A program made the translations under genes and the position numbers. Below, piece by piece: positions 8,050 to 16,943 of a DNA stretch of 48,360 bases. How positions within the stretch are numbered: position 1 is the first letter of the stretch; every line of letters begins with the position of its first letter. The notes under the pieces are model-generated. The model was not told where the DNA came from. It did no database searches and saw only the letters and a program-made list of their open reading frames with translations. This DNA comes from a candidate division TA06 bacterium SM23_40 (GTDB lineage Bacteria; LJUI01; SM1-40), in the NCBI GenBank assembly GCA_001303705.1, contig LJUI01000026.1, positions 1-48,360 on the forward strand, read 5' to 3'.

Positions 8050-8967
8050 TCATGCCGACTCTCTCATCAGATCCTTCAGAGCATTGTCCAGGTCAGGGAA
8101 CTCGAACGCGAAGCCGCCCTCCAGCAGCTTCCGGGGCAGCACCCGCTGTCCCTCGAGCAGTGCATTGGCGAATTCGCCCATGACGAGCCGGAGAGCGAAC
8201 CCGGGGACCGGAAAGCGTGAGACCGATCTACCGAGCTGGCGTGCCACCAGTTCGGTCAACTCGCGGTTGCGAACGGGATTGGGGGAGACGCAGTTGACTG
8301 CGCCCCTGAGCTCCCCGCGCTCCAGCAGGAATAGGAGGATCCTGGAGAGATCTTCGAGGTGGACCCAGGAAACCCACTGCCGACCGCTCCCCAGGGCGGC
8401 TACGGGGCGACGCCGGAAGTTCTCGACCATGGTCGCAAGTGCACCGCCGCCTCTTCCCAGTACGATGCCGAACCGGCACAGAACCACCCGCGCACCTGCG
8501 TCAGCGGCTTTCCCGGCCGTGGCTTCCCAGTCGCGCGCTACCCGGGCCAGGAAATCATCGCCAGATCCATTCTCCTCATCCAGAGTCTCGTCGCCGTGGA
8601 ATCCGTAGTACCCGACCGCGGATGCGTTGAGCAGATGGAGACTGCGATCGGGGCTGGCCGCTGTTGCGCTGACCACATTACGTGTGGTCTCGACGCGGCT
8701 GTCGAGGATAGTTCGCTTATATCTTGCGGTCCAGCGTCTGAATATCGGCGCTCCGGCAAGATTGATGACTGCGTCGTGCCCGGCCAGTCTCTCCTGCCAG
8801 GGGCCCGGCTCTGTGGGATCCCCTCCCAGGTACGAGATCCCCGGGTGAAGATCCGGAGAGACCCTGGGTGAGCGGCTCAGTATCGTGACCCGATGGCCTT
8901 CAGCTGCCAGCATCCGCGACACGTATCGACCGACGAGTCCACTGCCGCCGGTAATGAATACCTTCAT
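8050..8967 (-). CDS. TIGR01777-family NAD-dependent epimerase/oxidoreductase (YfcH-like)
   Basis: MKVFITGGSGLVG; DAVINLAGAPI..RWT; NASAVGYYG; GSGRQWVSWVHLED; C-terminal GQRVLPRKL. Confidence 0.93.
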   Translation of the reverse strand: MKVFITGGSGLVGRYVSRMLAAEGHRVTILSRSPRVSPDLHPGISYLGGDPTEPGPWQERLAGHDAVINLAGAPIFRRWTARYKRTILDSRVETTRNVVSATAASPDRSLHLLNASAVGYYGFHGDETLDEENGSGDDFLARVARDWEATAGKAADAGARVVLCRFGIVLGRGGGALATMVENFRRRPVAALGSGRQWVSWVHLEDLSRILLFLLERGELRGAVNCVSPNPVRNRELTELVARQLGRSVSRFPVPGFALRLVMGEFANALLEGQRVLPRKLLEGGFAFEFPDLDNALKDLMRESA

Positions 8968-9027
8968 GATCGCACTCCGGTGTACCCGGACGAAACCGCC
9001 TGTCAGCCGGGATGCATCGGCTCCGGT

Positions 9028-9507
9028 CTACCTGTTCAGAGCATATATCGAGGCATTCAGAATGGCTGCGAAACTCACCCAGGCGATATAAGGGATCAGA
9101 ATCAGGCTGGCCAGCGCCGATATCTGACGGAAAAGCACAATCGTGACCGATATGGCAACCCATAGGAGCAGGATCACTATCAGGCCGGCCAGCGGCGAGC
9201 GGAGGCCGAAGAAGGCACCCGACCATGCTGCGTTCAGGATCAGCTGTACCGCGAAAGCGACGATAGCTACTCTGACCTGCGCCGTCCCGACTCCTTTGCG
9301 CCATACGAGAAACAGGGATATTCCCATCAGCAGATAGAGTGTGATCCAGACCGGCCCGAAAACCCAACTGGGGGGGTTGAAGAACGGCCGTCTCAGGGTT
9401 GGATACCAGGTGGAGACTGACCGAGCAGTGAAGATCGACCCAATGACGCCGGCCGACTGACACAAGACGATGCTTATGACGAGTCTCGCGAGATCTAGGG
9501 GCTTCAC
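9028..9507 (-). CDS. tspO: TspO/MBR family tryptophan-rich sensory protein
   Basis: WYPTLRRPFFNPPSWVFGPVWITLY; QLILNAAWS; LIPYIAWVSFA; five TM helices. Confidence 0.95.
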   Translation of the reverse strand: MKPLDLARLVISIVLCQSAGVIGSIFTARSVSTWYPTLRRPFFNPPSWVFGPVWITLYLLMGISLFLVWRKGVGTAQVRVAIVAFAVQLILNAAWSGAFFGLRSPLAGLIVILLLWVAISVTIVLFRQISALASLILIPYIAWVSFAAILNASIYALNR

Positions 9508-9703
9508 GTTCCCGCCTTTCTGGTTTGAAGTCTTGTTCTCTAGTTCGTAGTCTTCTTCGTCAGGTCGGAGCAGTCCACTCCGTACGGACAGAACCGCTCT
9601 CTATTAGATAGAGAGATGGACAGTTGTGCCAGCTGTTCGAAGATTCTCCAGCTCTCGGCCATCACAATACTTCTCCCGGTCGAGTATTGCCGGGAGATGC
9701 AGC

Positions 9704-9732
9704 TTGACACCGGGGCCCGATTCCCATACGAT
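9704..9732 (+). promoter_or_regulatory. sigma70-type promoter facing the DUF523/DUF1722 gene
   Basis: TTGACA-17 bp-TACGAT. Confidence 0.6.
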
Positions 9733-10009
9733 GGCCGCCTCGAGATTATATCTCATCCTGTTGCGCATGCAAGACCATTTGTGGCCCTGCTGTACCTACG
9801 CTTCCTCACACATGGGTGCGTCCATCCGAAGGAGTCGGCCCGAACCGGGACTGGAGAAATGCCCGTACGGGAAAGCGATTCAGGGTAATACCTTCGTGCG
9901 TGCGGTGCGCCGCGCTTCGTCTCGTCTGAGGGAAGATGAAGCCGGATATCAGACATCGTCACCACGCGCCTCAGTATGACGCAATGAATCGAGGCAACCT
10001 CGAGAGGAG

Positions 10010-10990
10010 ATGCTCGTCGTGTCAGGAACAGAGACGGTGGCCGAGAGGAGGATACGGCTCGGCATCAGCAGCTGTCTTCTGGGAGAGCAGGTGCGCTGGG
10101 ACGGAGGCCACAAGCACGATCGCTATCTGACCGATACGCTCGGCAAGTATGTCGATTATGTCCCCGTCTGCCCCGAGGTGGAATGCGGGCTTCCCATACC
10201 GAGGGAGCCGCTCCGGCTTGTGGGCGATCCGGAGTCGCCCCGTCTCGTTACCTCACGTACCGGTATCGACAAAACGGAACAGATGCTGACCTGGGCGAGG
10301 AAGCGCGTGGTCGAACTGGAGCAGGAGGATCTCTGCGGGTTCATCTTCAAGTCCAGGTCGCCGAGCAGCGGGATGGAACGCGTGAAGATCTATGACGGAA
10401 AGGGGATGCCCCGGAAGAAGGGTGTGGGCATGTTCGCGAGGATCTTCATGCAACACTTTCCGCTGCTGCCCGTAGAAGACGAGGGTCGGCTGCACGATAT
10501 GAACCTGCGCGAGAATTTCGTCGAGAGAGTCTTCACATTGAGGCGCTGGCGCGAGACGCTCGGGCGCGGCAAATGGGGAGGCCCCCTTGTCGACTTCCAC
10601 ACCCGACATAAGCTCCTCATTCTTTCGCATAGTGTGGAGCACCATCGCGACATGGGACGGCTTGTCGCGCACAGCAAGGAGCACTTACCGGCCGAACTGT
10701 ACGGGCGGTACGAATGGCTGCTTACGGAAGCCCTGCGCCGCAAGACGACTCCGAGGAAGCATGCGAATGTCCTGCATCATATACTGGGCTATTTCAAGAA
10801 GCAGCTGTCCGGGGATGAAAAGCAGGAGATGCTCGAGATCATCGAAGAATATCGTCAGGGGTACGTGCCGCTGATCGTTCCGATCGCCCTCGTCAATCAC
10901 TATGTGCGCAAGTACGGCCAGCCGTACTTGAGGGAACAGTACTACCTGCATCCCCATCCTGTCGAGCTGCAGCTCAGAAACCACGTGTAA
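10010..10990 (+). CDS. DUF523 (TudS-like thiouracil desulfidase) + DUF1722 (YbgA) fusion, RudS-like; start may be GTG 10037
   Basis: LGISSCLLGEQVRWDGGH, PVCPEVECGL..PRE, KSRSPSSG, PVEDEGRL; C-terminal FHTRHKLLILSH, NVLHHILGYFK, YLREQYYLHPHP. Confidence 0.93.
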   Translation: MLVVSGTETVAERRIRLGISSCLLGEQVRWDGGHKHDRYLTDTLGKYVDYVPVCPEVECGLPIPREPLRLVGDPESPRLVTSRTGIDKTEQMLTWARKRVVELEQEDLCGFIFKSRSPSSGMERVKIYDGKGMPRKKGVGMFARIFMQHFPLLPVEDEGRLHDMNLRENFVERVFTLRRWRETLGRGKWGGPLVDFHTRHKLLILSHSVEHHRDMGRLVAHSKEHLPAELYGRYEWLLTEALRRKTTPRKHANVLHHILGYFKKQLSGDEKQEMLEIIEEYRQGYVPLIVPIALVNHYVRKYGQPYLREQYYLHPHPVELQLRNHV

Positions 10991-11089
10991 GCGGCAGTTG
11001 CGACGGAATTGATCGAACCTCCCTCACTCGACTCGTCCCCACACCCACCAGTTCTCCCCGCGCCGGCTCGGGGACCTCGATACCCGATC

Positions 11090-11542
11090 TCACTCGCTGA
11101 TGCGCAGCTCGACCACGTCCTGGAATCTGGTAACGAGGTAATAGGTTTCCACGTTCACCCGCAGGAAGGCACAGGCGGGGGAGGCGATGAACTCGCGCAT
11201 AGACGGGTGCTTCCGGAGATAGAGCTGCGCGAGCGCGCCTTTCGCCGCTTCAGGAACCGGTTCAGCCCTACCCATGATGGTTGCGGCTGAAGCTTCCTGG
11301 AAATCCGATTCTTCGTTGGCACGATTATCGACGAGAAGAGCTACCCGAGCATCTGCCTCCATATTGGCGAACTTGCGGGTCGAACGGCCTGTCGCGAAGA
11401 GCACGTGTTTCAGATCATCCGTGGCCGCGAATGCCACGAGGTTCGCATAGGGTCCAGTCTGCCCGTGTGTCGCGAGCACTGCCAGGCGCTGCCCCGCAAG
11501 CAGCTTCCTCACGGTCTCCTTCAATCTCAGGATGTCTTTCAC
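11090..11542 (-). CDS. Pyridoxamine 5'-phosphate oxidase-like (FMN split-barrel) protein
   Basis: GTG at 11542 overlaps the bcp stop; LAVLATH..PYANLVAFA..LFATGRSTRKFANM..RVALLVDNR. Confidence 0.88.
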   Translation of the reverse strand: MKDILRLKETVRKLLAGQRLAVLATHGQTGPYANLVAFAATDDLKHVLFATGRSTRKFANMEADARVALLVDNRANEESDFQEASAATIMGRAEPVPEAAKGALAQLYLRKHPSMREFIASPACAFLRVNVETYYLVTRFQDVVELRISE

Positions 11543-11889
11543 ATTGCCTCCAGAGCCTGGCGAGCCCTGGGTACGGTCTCCGTGGGGCTGACCTTGTACC
11601 AGGCCTCGATGATCTTTCCCTTCTCGTCGATCAGGAAGGAGGAGCGGATGATACCCATGTGCTTCTTCCCGTACATCGACTTCTCGCCCCACACACCATA
11701 GGCTTTTGCCACCTTGTCATCGGGATCGGAGAGGAGCGGGAAGCCGAGCCCGTGCTTTGTATCGAAGTTTCGCTGTCTCTCCGGTGTGTCGGGGCTGATC
11801 TCCACCACAGCGACGCTTGCCCCCGCCAGATCTTCGCGGGCGTCCCTGACGCTGCACGCCTGTTTTGTACAGCCCGGGGTGTCTGCCGC
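11539..11889 (-). pseudogene. bcp: 5'-truncated BCP/PrxQ peroxiredoxin
   Basis: ADTPGCTKQACSVRD..ISPD..FPLLSDPD..YGVWGEKSMYGK..GIIRSSFLIDEKG is clear BCP. The expected ~40 N-terminal residues (GDxAPDF...VVLYFYP) are absent and there is no plausible start with SD. Confidence 0.75.
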
Positions 11890-11911
11890 CCGCCCCTCTG
11901 CGGAGAGGTCG

Positions 11912-12178
11912 CTAGCACGGGGAGACCGGGGGCATGCGCTCGTACGTCGATCCACGGCGTCGGTACAGGGCCTCGACCTCGACGCCTGCCCCTGCCAGCA
12001 GATCGAGCGCTTGCTTCAGGACTGCACCGGACAGAGCGATGGCGATCCCGCAGTCGGAACTGAGATCACGCGGGGTGGGTATGATCTCGTGGGCGAGACC
12101 GTGTTCCTTGAACACGTGTTCCGCCCTCATCACGTGATGGACTGAGACGAAGTTAATGACCGAATCGGGTCGATCCAT
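11912..12178 (-). CDS. DUF3343 domain protein (putative Se/S carrier)
   Basis: FVSVHHVMRAEHVFK..IIPTPRDLSSDCGIAI signature; GGAG 7 nt before ATG 12178. Confidence 0.88.
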   Translation of the reverse strand: MDRPDSVINFVSVHHVMRAEHVFKEHGLAHEIIPTPRDLSSDCGIAIALSGAVLKQALDLLAGAGVEVEALYRRRGSTYERMPPVSPC

Positions 12179-12262
12179 GCGTGATCTCCGGGACCTCATG
12201 ATCCGATGATAGATGCCGGCGCACGCCCGCGCTCGCGATGAGATCAGCCGCCCCCGCCCGTG

Positions 12263-13414
12263 TCAGCCGGGTGGGGTCTGGTTCTGCGCAAGATCGGCCA
12301 CCGCCTCCAGGATCGACTCGACGTCGTCAGCCGTGTTGAACGGCCCCAGCGAGATCCGTATCGTCCCGGCGGGGAAGGTCCCGATCGTGCGGTGGGCGGA
12401 GGGGGCGCAGTGGAGTCCGGGCCTGACGAGGATGGCGTGCTCTCGATCGAGAATGTGTGCCGCATCTGAGGGCGAGAGGCCATCGATCGTGATCGATGCT
12501 GTCGCCAGCTGTCGCTCGGGGTCGGCGGTGCCGAAGAGCGTCACACCCGGGATGCCGCGCAGTCCGTCGGCGAGCCGCGAGAAGAGTGCCAGTTCGTGCT
12601 CGCGGATCGACATGACACTGCGCTCCGTGACGTATCGCGTGGCGGCGAGAAGGCCGGCGATGCCGACTGCGTTGGGAGTGCCCGCTTCGTGGAGATCCGG
12701 CAGGAAGTCGGGTTGTTCCTCCCGTTCGGATCTGCTGCCCGTCCCCCCGCGCACGAGCGGTTCCAGATCGATGCCCTCTCCAATGCAGAGGCCCCCGATG
12801 CCCGGCGGCCCAAGCAGACCCTTGTGGCCTGAGAACGCATACAGGCAGGGGCCCAGCCGGGAGAGGTCTACGGGAAGAGATCCGATACTCTGGGCGCCAT
12901 CGATGAGGAGTGGAACCGGACCGATTTCCCTGCTCACCTCCGCAACTGGCTGGACCGTGCCCGTGACGTTTGATGCGTGCATCACGGCAACGAGCCGGGT
13001 CCGGTCGGTCACGAGGTCACCGAGCTGCCGGGGATCGACGAGACCGGAGCCGTCGGTCTGGGCCACACGGACTCGCACCCCACGTTCCCCCTCCAGATGT
13101 CTGAGTGGCCGCATGACTGCGTTGTGTTCCATAGACGAGGCGATGACCTCGTCGCCATGGCGGAGCAGACCGAGAAGGGCGGCGTTGATGCCGAAGGTTG
13201 CGCCCGGGGTGAAGATCATCCGGGAGGAATCGTCCATTCCCAGGAGGGCAGCAAGCGTCTCCCGGGCCTCGAAGACGATGCGGGCAGCCTCGATCGAGAG
13301 GCGGTGGGCCGATCGGCCGGGAGAGGCACCGATCCGATCGAGGTAGTCCCTCATCGCGTCAGCCACACCCGGCGCCTTCGGGAATGAAGTAGCCGCGTTG
13401 TCGGCATAGATCAT
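12263..13414 (-). CDS. Cysteine desulfurase / selenocysteine lyase family (class V PLP enzyme)
   Basis: IYADNAATSFPK, HASNVTG, DGAQ, SGHK (PLP Lys), EAGTPN, RPGLHCAP (catalytic Cys). Confidence 0.93.
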   Translation of the reverse strand: MIYADNAATSFPKAPGVADAMRDYLDRIGASPGRSAHRLSIEAARIVFEARETLAALLGMDDSSRMIFTPGATFGINAALLGLLRHGDEVIASSMEHNAVMRPLRHLEGERGVRVRVAQTDGSGLVDPRQLGDLVTDRTRLVAVMHASNVTGTVQPVAEVSREIGPVPLLIDGAQSIGSLPVDLSRLGPCLYAFSGHKGLLGPPGIGGLCIGEGIDLEPLVRGGTGSRSEREEQPDFLPDLHEAGTPNAVGIAGLLAATRYVTERSVMSIREHELALFSRLADGLRGIPGVTLFGTADPERQLATASITIDGLSPSDAAHILDREHAILVRPGLHCAPSAHRTIGTFPAGTIRISLGPFNTADDVESILEAVADLAQNQTPPG

Positions 13415-13542
13415 CGACAGGTCCTTTCCTCCTCTATGGAAACACTCACTGCATGTCCGGAGATCGAGTACAGGGAGGATCCGGGAACAGCCTCAGAAGT
13501 CGGTCATTCTCATCACTCGGGAAGAGAAGACTGTCCCGCCCC

Positions 13543-13890
13543 TCAGGGAGAGACGACCGTGCCCGCCGACATCAAACTCTCCACCGTGCCGGCCATGTTT
13601 CCCACCGTACCGACCTTCAGCTTCTCCTTCAGTCCGTAGTAGTCGAGGCACGTACCGCAAGAAGAGATGGCAACACCGGCCTCTTCGATCTTCCGCAGTG
13701 TGGCGATGAGTTCGGAGCCCTCGGTTGTAAGCCGGACCCCGCTGTTGACGAAGATCATGCGCTCGGGCTTCTCGTCCGAGGCCTCTAGTGTCTTGAAGAA
13801 CGACTGGAGAAGAATGCGCCCCAGCTCCTCGTCGCCGGTTCCCATGCGGTTGGAATTCACATACAGCACTCTGGTCGGTCGTTCGCTCAT
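13543..13890 (-). CDS. yedF: Sulfurtransferase-like selenium metabolism protein YedF (DsrE-like domain only)
   Basis: MGTGDEELGRILL..FVNSGVRLTTEGS..SCGTCLDYYGL..VGTVGNM; SD GGAGGGA before ATG 13890. Confidence 0.88.
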   Translation of the reverse strand: MSERPTRVLYVNSNRMGTGDEELGRILLQSFFKTLEASDEKPERMIFVNSGVRLTTEGSELIATLRKIEEAGVAISSCGTCLDYYGLKEKLKVGTVGNMAGTVESLMSAGTVVSP

Positions 13891-13950
13891 CGAGATACTC
13901 CCTCCGTGAGGATTGCCATTGGGGCCCAGCCCTGAGCGGCTCGTTTCCGT

Positions 13951-13980
13951 ATGGTAGACCAGGGAGGAAGTGAGTGTCAA
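13951..13980 (-). promoter_or_regulatory. sigma70-type promoter of the yedF operon
   Basis: Minus strand TTGACA-18 bp-TACCAT. Confidence 0.55.
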
Positions 13981-13999
13981 GAGGGCGAGTTCATAATGC

Positions 14000-14029
14000 T
14001 TGACGCGCAGGGTAAATGTGTGATATACT
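14000..14029 (+). promoter_or_regulatory. Divergent sigma70-type promoter of the beta-helix/FG-GAP gene
   Basis: TTGACG-18 bp-TATACT with extended -10 TG. Confidence 0.6.
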
Positions 14030-14087
14030 CGTTCTATCGCAGTGGGGGAGTGTGCGACGTTTCATTTTACCGCGTGAGGAGAGGGCT

Positions 14088-16013
14088 ATGACATTGAGCA
14101 CGAGGAATGTGATGGTGGGACTGGCCGCCGGTCTGGCCGTGCTGGCGCTGTGGGCGTCCGGTATGGGTACGGTCATCCACGTTCCTGGCGACTATCCGAC
14201 GATCCAGCAGGGGATTGATGCCGCAGCCGGCGGTGACACGGTTCTGGTTGGCGACGGGGTCTATACAGGACCAGAGAACAAGAATCTCGATTTCGGCGGA
14301 AAGGCACTCCGTGTGACGTCCGAACTGGGACCTGCGGCAACTGCTATCGATTGTGAGAACGATGGCAGGGGGTTTTACTTCCATACCGGCGAGGACTCCC
14401 TCTCGGTCGTGGAAGGGTTCACCATCAGGAATGGGTACGTAGGTACCCTCGGGGGCGGCATCTACTGCCTCGGCGCATCGCCGTCGATCGTGCGCACTGT
14501 CATCATCGGCTGCCAGTCCGACGCCGGGGGGGCGATCGCCTGCGAGAGTGCATCCCCCCTCATCGAAGGCAGCACGATGAGTGAGAACGACGGCGGCCTG
14601 AATGGCGGGGGGGCGCTCTTCTGCTGGCAGGGCTCGTTTCCGATTGTCTCCAATTCCATTCTCTGGGGGAATATGCCCGACGAGATCGCGGTCGTGAATG
14701 GCAATCCTGCCGTCCGATACAGCGATGTTGCGGGCGGCCGGGCGGGGGTCGGCAACATCGCCTGTGATCCCCTGTTCGTCAATGTGCTGGCCGGCGACTA
14801 CTCGCTGAGCTACGACTCCCCCTGCCTCGATTCGGGCGATCCGCTGGCGGGCGTTCCGGACGGAGGCGGCGACAGGCTCGACATGGGGGCGTTCGAGCAT
14901 CTTATTCCATACAATGATCTGGCACTATCGTTTACCAATACTCCCGATTCGGTGGCCCAGGGATCGCGCGTCTCCTGGGATGTATCGTTCACCAACCCGC
15001 TCTCCATCCCGGTGACAGTAGATGTCTGGTTCGACGTCTCGTCGCAGATCCGCTGCGCGATCATCATGGAGTACAGGGATGTGACGGTTCCCCCGCAGAC
15101 AACCCATAACCGGACACTCAGTCTGCCGGTGCCGAATGCGGCTCCTCTCGGCCAGTACACGATCCACGGTCGGGTAGGCGTGATGGACATGATAGACGGG
15201 GGAGTGTACGACGCGGAGAACTTCATCGTCGAGATCCTTGAGGGGCATGCCCTGAGCTATGTGGAGTCATCGAGCGGCCTCGGCTACCCGCAACTGGAAG
15301 CGGGCAGGACCGAGCTCGAGATGGGAGATGTCGATGGCGACGGCCACCCCGACATCGTCTCCATCGGCGATCACGGGTCTCCCTACATTAACACGAACGA
15401 GCACGGGATCATGGTCTGGTTCGGGGATGGAACAGGCACGTGGTCGGTGTACCAGAACGGGAATTTCGGGTACGGCGGCGTTGCCCTGGGTGATGTGAAC
15501 AACGACGGGCTCATGGATGTCGGCTATGCAATGCATCACAACTACTCGGGCAATGACTTCGGCGATCAATTGATCGAAGTCGCCCTGGGAGACGGAACCG
15601 GGCAGAACTGGCAGCCCTGGGATGACGGCCTGGCGACGAACGGGGAGACCTGGGGGATGTTCGGGACCGACTTCGCGGACGTCGACAATGACGGAGACCT
15701 CGATCTCGTCTCCAACTCGTTCGGTGCCGGCTCCGGCGTTCATGTCTATCTGAATCAGGGTGACGGGACCTGGGTCCAGAGCTTCGGGTTCCTGGAGGGG
15801 AATTCGACTGACGACATCGTCTTCGGCGATGTCAACGGCGACTGCAACGCCGATTTCGCGGCCGCTCACGAATATGGCACGGTCTATCTGGGAGACGGGG
15901 CAGGCAACTACGTCCTCGCCGACGGCAATCTTCCGCCTCCCGGGTGGGTTGGAAGGTTTGGGCCCGACCTGGGCGACGTCAACAACGACGGGGGGGATGA
16001 TCTCTCCTACTGA
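14088..16013 (+). CDS. Secreted protein: signal peptide, right-handed beta-helix (pectin-lyase-like) domain, Ig-like linker, FG-GAP/VCBS repeats; interrupted by a frameshift at ~16010
   Basis: IHVPGDYPTIQQGIDAA..GDTVLVGDGVY; GGGIYC; SPCLDSGDP..DMGAFE; repeats GDVDGDGHPDI, GDVNNDGLMDV, ADVDNDGDLDL, GDVNGDCNADF, GDVNNDGGDDL; SD GAGGAG. Confidence 0.85.
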   Translation: MTLSTRNVMVGLAAGLAVLALWASGMGTVIHVPGDYPTIQQGIDAAAGGDTVLVGDGVYTGPENKNLDFGGKALRVTSELGPAATAIDCENDGRGFYFHTGEDSLSVVEGFTIRNGYVGTLGGGIYCLGASPSIVRTVIIGCQSDAGGAIACESASPLIEGSTMSENDGGLNGGGALFCWQGSFPIVSNSILWGNMPDEIAVVNGNPAVRYSDVAGGRAGVGNIACDPLFVNVLAGDYSLSYDSPCLDSGDPLAGVPDGGGDRLDMGAFEHLIPYNDLALSFTNTPDSVAQGSRVSWDVSFTNPLSIPVTVDVWFDVSSQIRCAIIMEYRDVTVPPQTTHNRTLSLPVPNAAPLGQYTIHGRVGVMDMIDGGVYDAENFIVEILEGHALSYVESSSGLGYPQLEAGRTELEMGDVDGDGHPDIVSIGDHGSPYINTNEHGIMVWFGDGTGTWSVYQNGNFGYGGVALGDVNNDGLMDVGYAMHHNYSGNDFGDQLIEVALGDGTGQNWQPWDDGLATNGETWGMFGTDFADVDNDGDLDLVSNSFGAGSGVHVYLNQGDGTWVQSFGFLEGNSTDDIVFGDVNGDCNADFAAAHEYGTVYLGDGAGNYVLADGNLPPPGWVGRFGPDLGDVNNDGGDDLSY

Positions 16014-16509
16014 TGGCGTCGGCGGATGGGTCCAGGCGACACAGTTCACCCTGCCGAATCCCGGTTACTTCGCCGCGTTCCGCGTCGGCGTTGACGCCGA
16101 CCACAATGGGTATCCTGATATCGTCCTCGTCGACGAGGAAGGGTCCTGGATCAACCGGACCAATCATCTGCGATTCTTCAAGGAGGCATCATCGCCTCAG
16201 TCCCTCTCGGTACGGCCCACGTATCCGCGGGGGGGTGAGGTCTTCATTATCGGCTCGGTCAGGTTCATCGACTGGGTGAGCGGCGTACCCGGACAAGAGG
16301 CGTTAGCCGTGAAGCTTGAGCTCTCGACTGATGGCCCGGGTGGGCCGTGGACTACGATCGCCGATGGGCTGCCGAACAACGGGCGCTATCAGTGGACCGT
16401 TGCAGGGAACCAGTCGCTCGATTGCTACATCCAGTACACGGTCGTGGCCGGCCAGGATACTGCGACCGCGGTGACCGCGATGCCGTTCACAATCGCCTCC
16501 GCCGACTGA
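16009..16509 (+). pseudogene. Out-of-frame C-terminal part of the FG-GAP protein (last repeat plus Ig-like domain)
   Basis: The +1 frame continues DGVGGWVQ..DADHNGYPDIVLV..PRGGEVF..IDW..LSTDGPGGPWTTIA..NNGRYQWTV; it has no start or SD of its own. Confidence 0.75.
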
Positions 16510-16828
16510 GAGGAGGTCCCCTGTAACTGGTGAGAGGAGGTTCTCCAGAAACATAATATAGGTATGCACTGATATAGCATGTGAGTGCTCGGGTTGTGAG
16601 ATCGACGCTCTCCCGGGCCTCCCCTGTCAGCTAATCGGGAGGCCTTCGGGGAGAGCGTCGATTCTCTGTCGGATATGCGGCCGTGACAAGGTGCCGCGTG
16701 GGGGCATCCTCTCCCGGGCGGCAGAGTCACCTGTCTCTGCGCGGGGAGGCGGTCAGTGTACAGGCTCTGGCCCCCGTAAAGACTGAGGTATACGGCGCGA
16801 GGTGATCGGTCCGGCGAGGGGAAACCAC

Positions 16829-16857
16829 TTGACACCTCAGAGTAGCCTCCCTAACAT
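16829..16857 (+). promoter_or_regulatory. sigma70-type promoter without an intact downstream gene
   Basis: TTGACA-17 bp-TAACAT. Confidence 0.55.
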
Positions 16858-16943
16858 GGGCCTGGCGCAGTGTGTGTGTACGTACTACGAGGCGGCGCGG
16901 AGGAGCGAGGAGCGCGGCGTCCGAGATGGACGGGTGGCCGTGA

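Noticed and set aside
16008-16060. Selenocysteine read-through of the TGA at 16011, given nearby Se genes
   Set aside because: The in-frame continuation (WRRRMGPG...) is not FG-GAP-like; the homologous sequence is in the +1 frame.
16563-16591. CIRCE-like inverted repeat GCACT...AGTGC
   Set aside because: Spacer is 11 nt rather than 9, arms are poor, and no chaperone gene follows.
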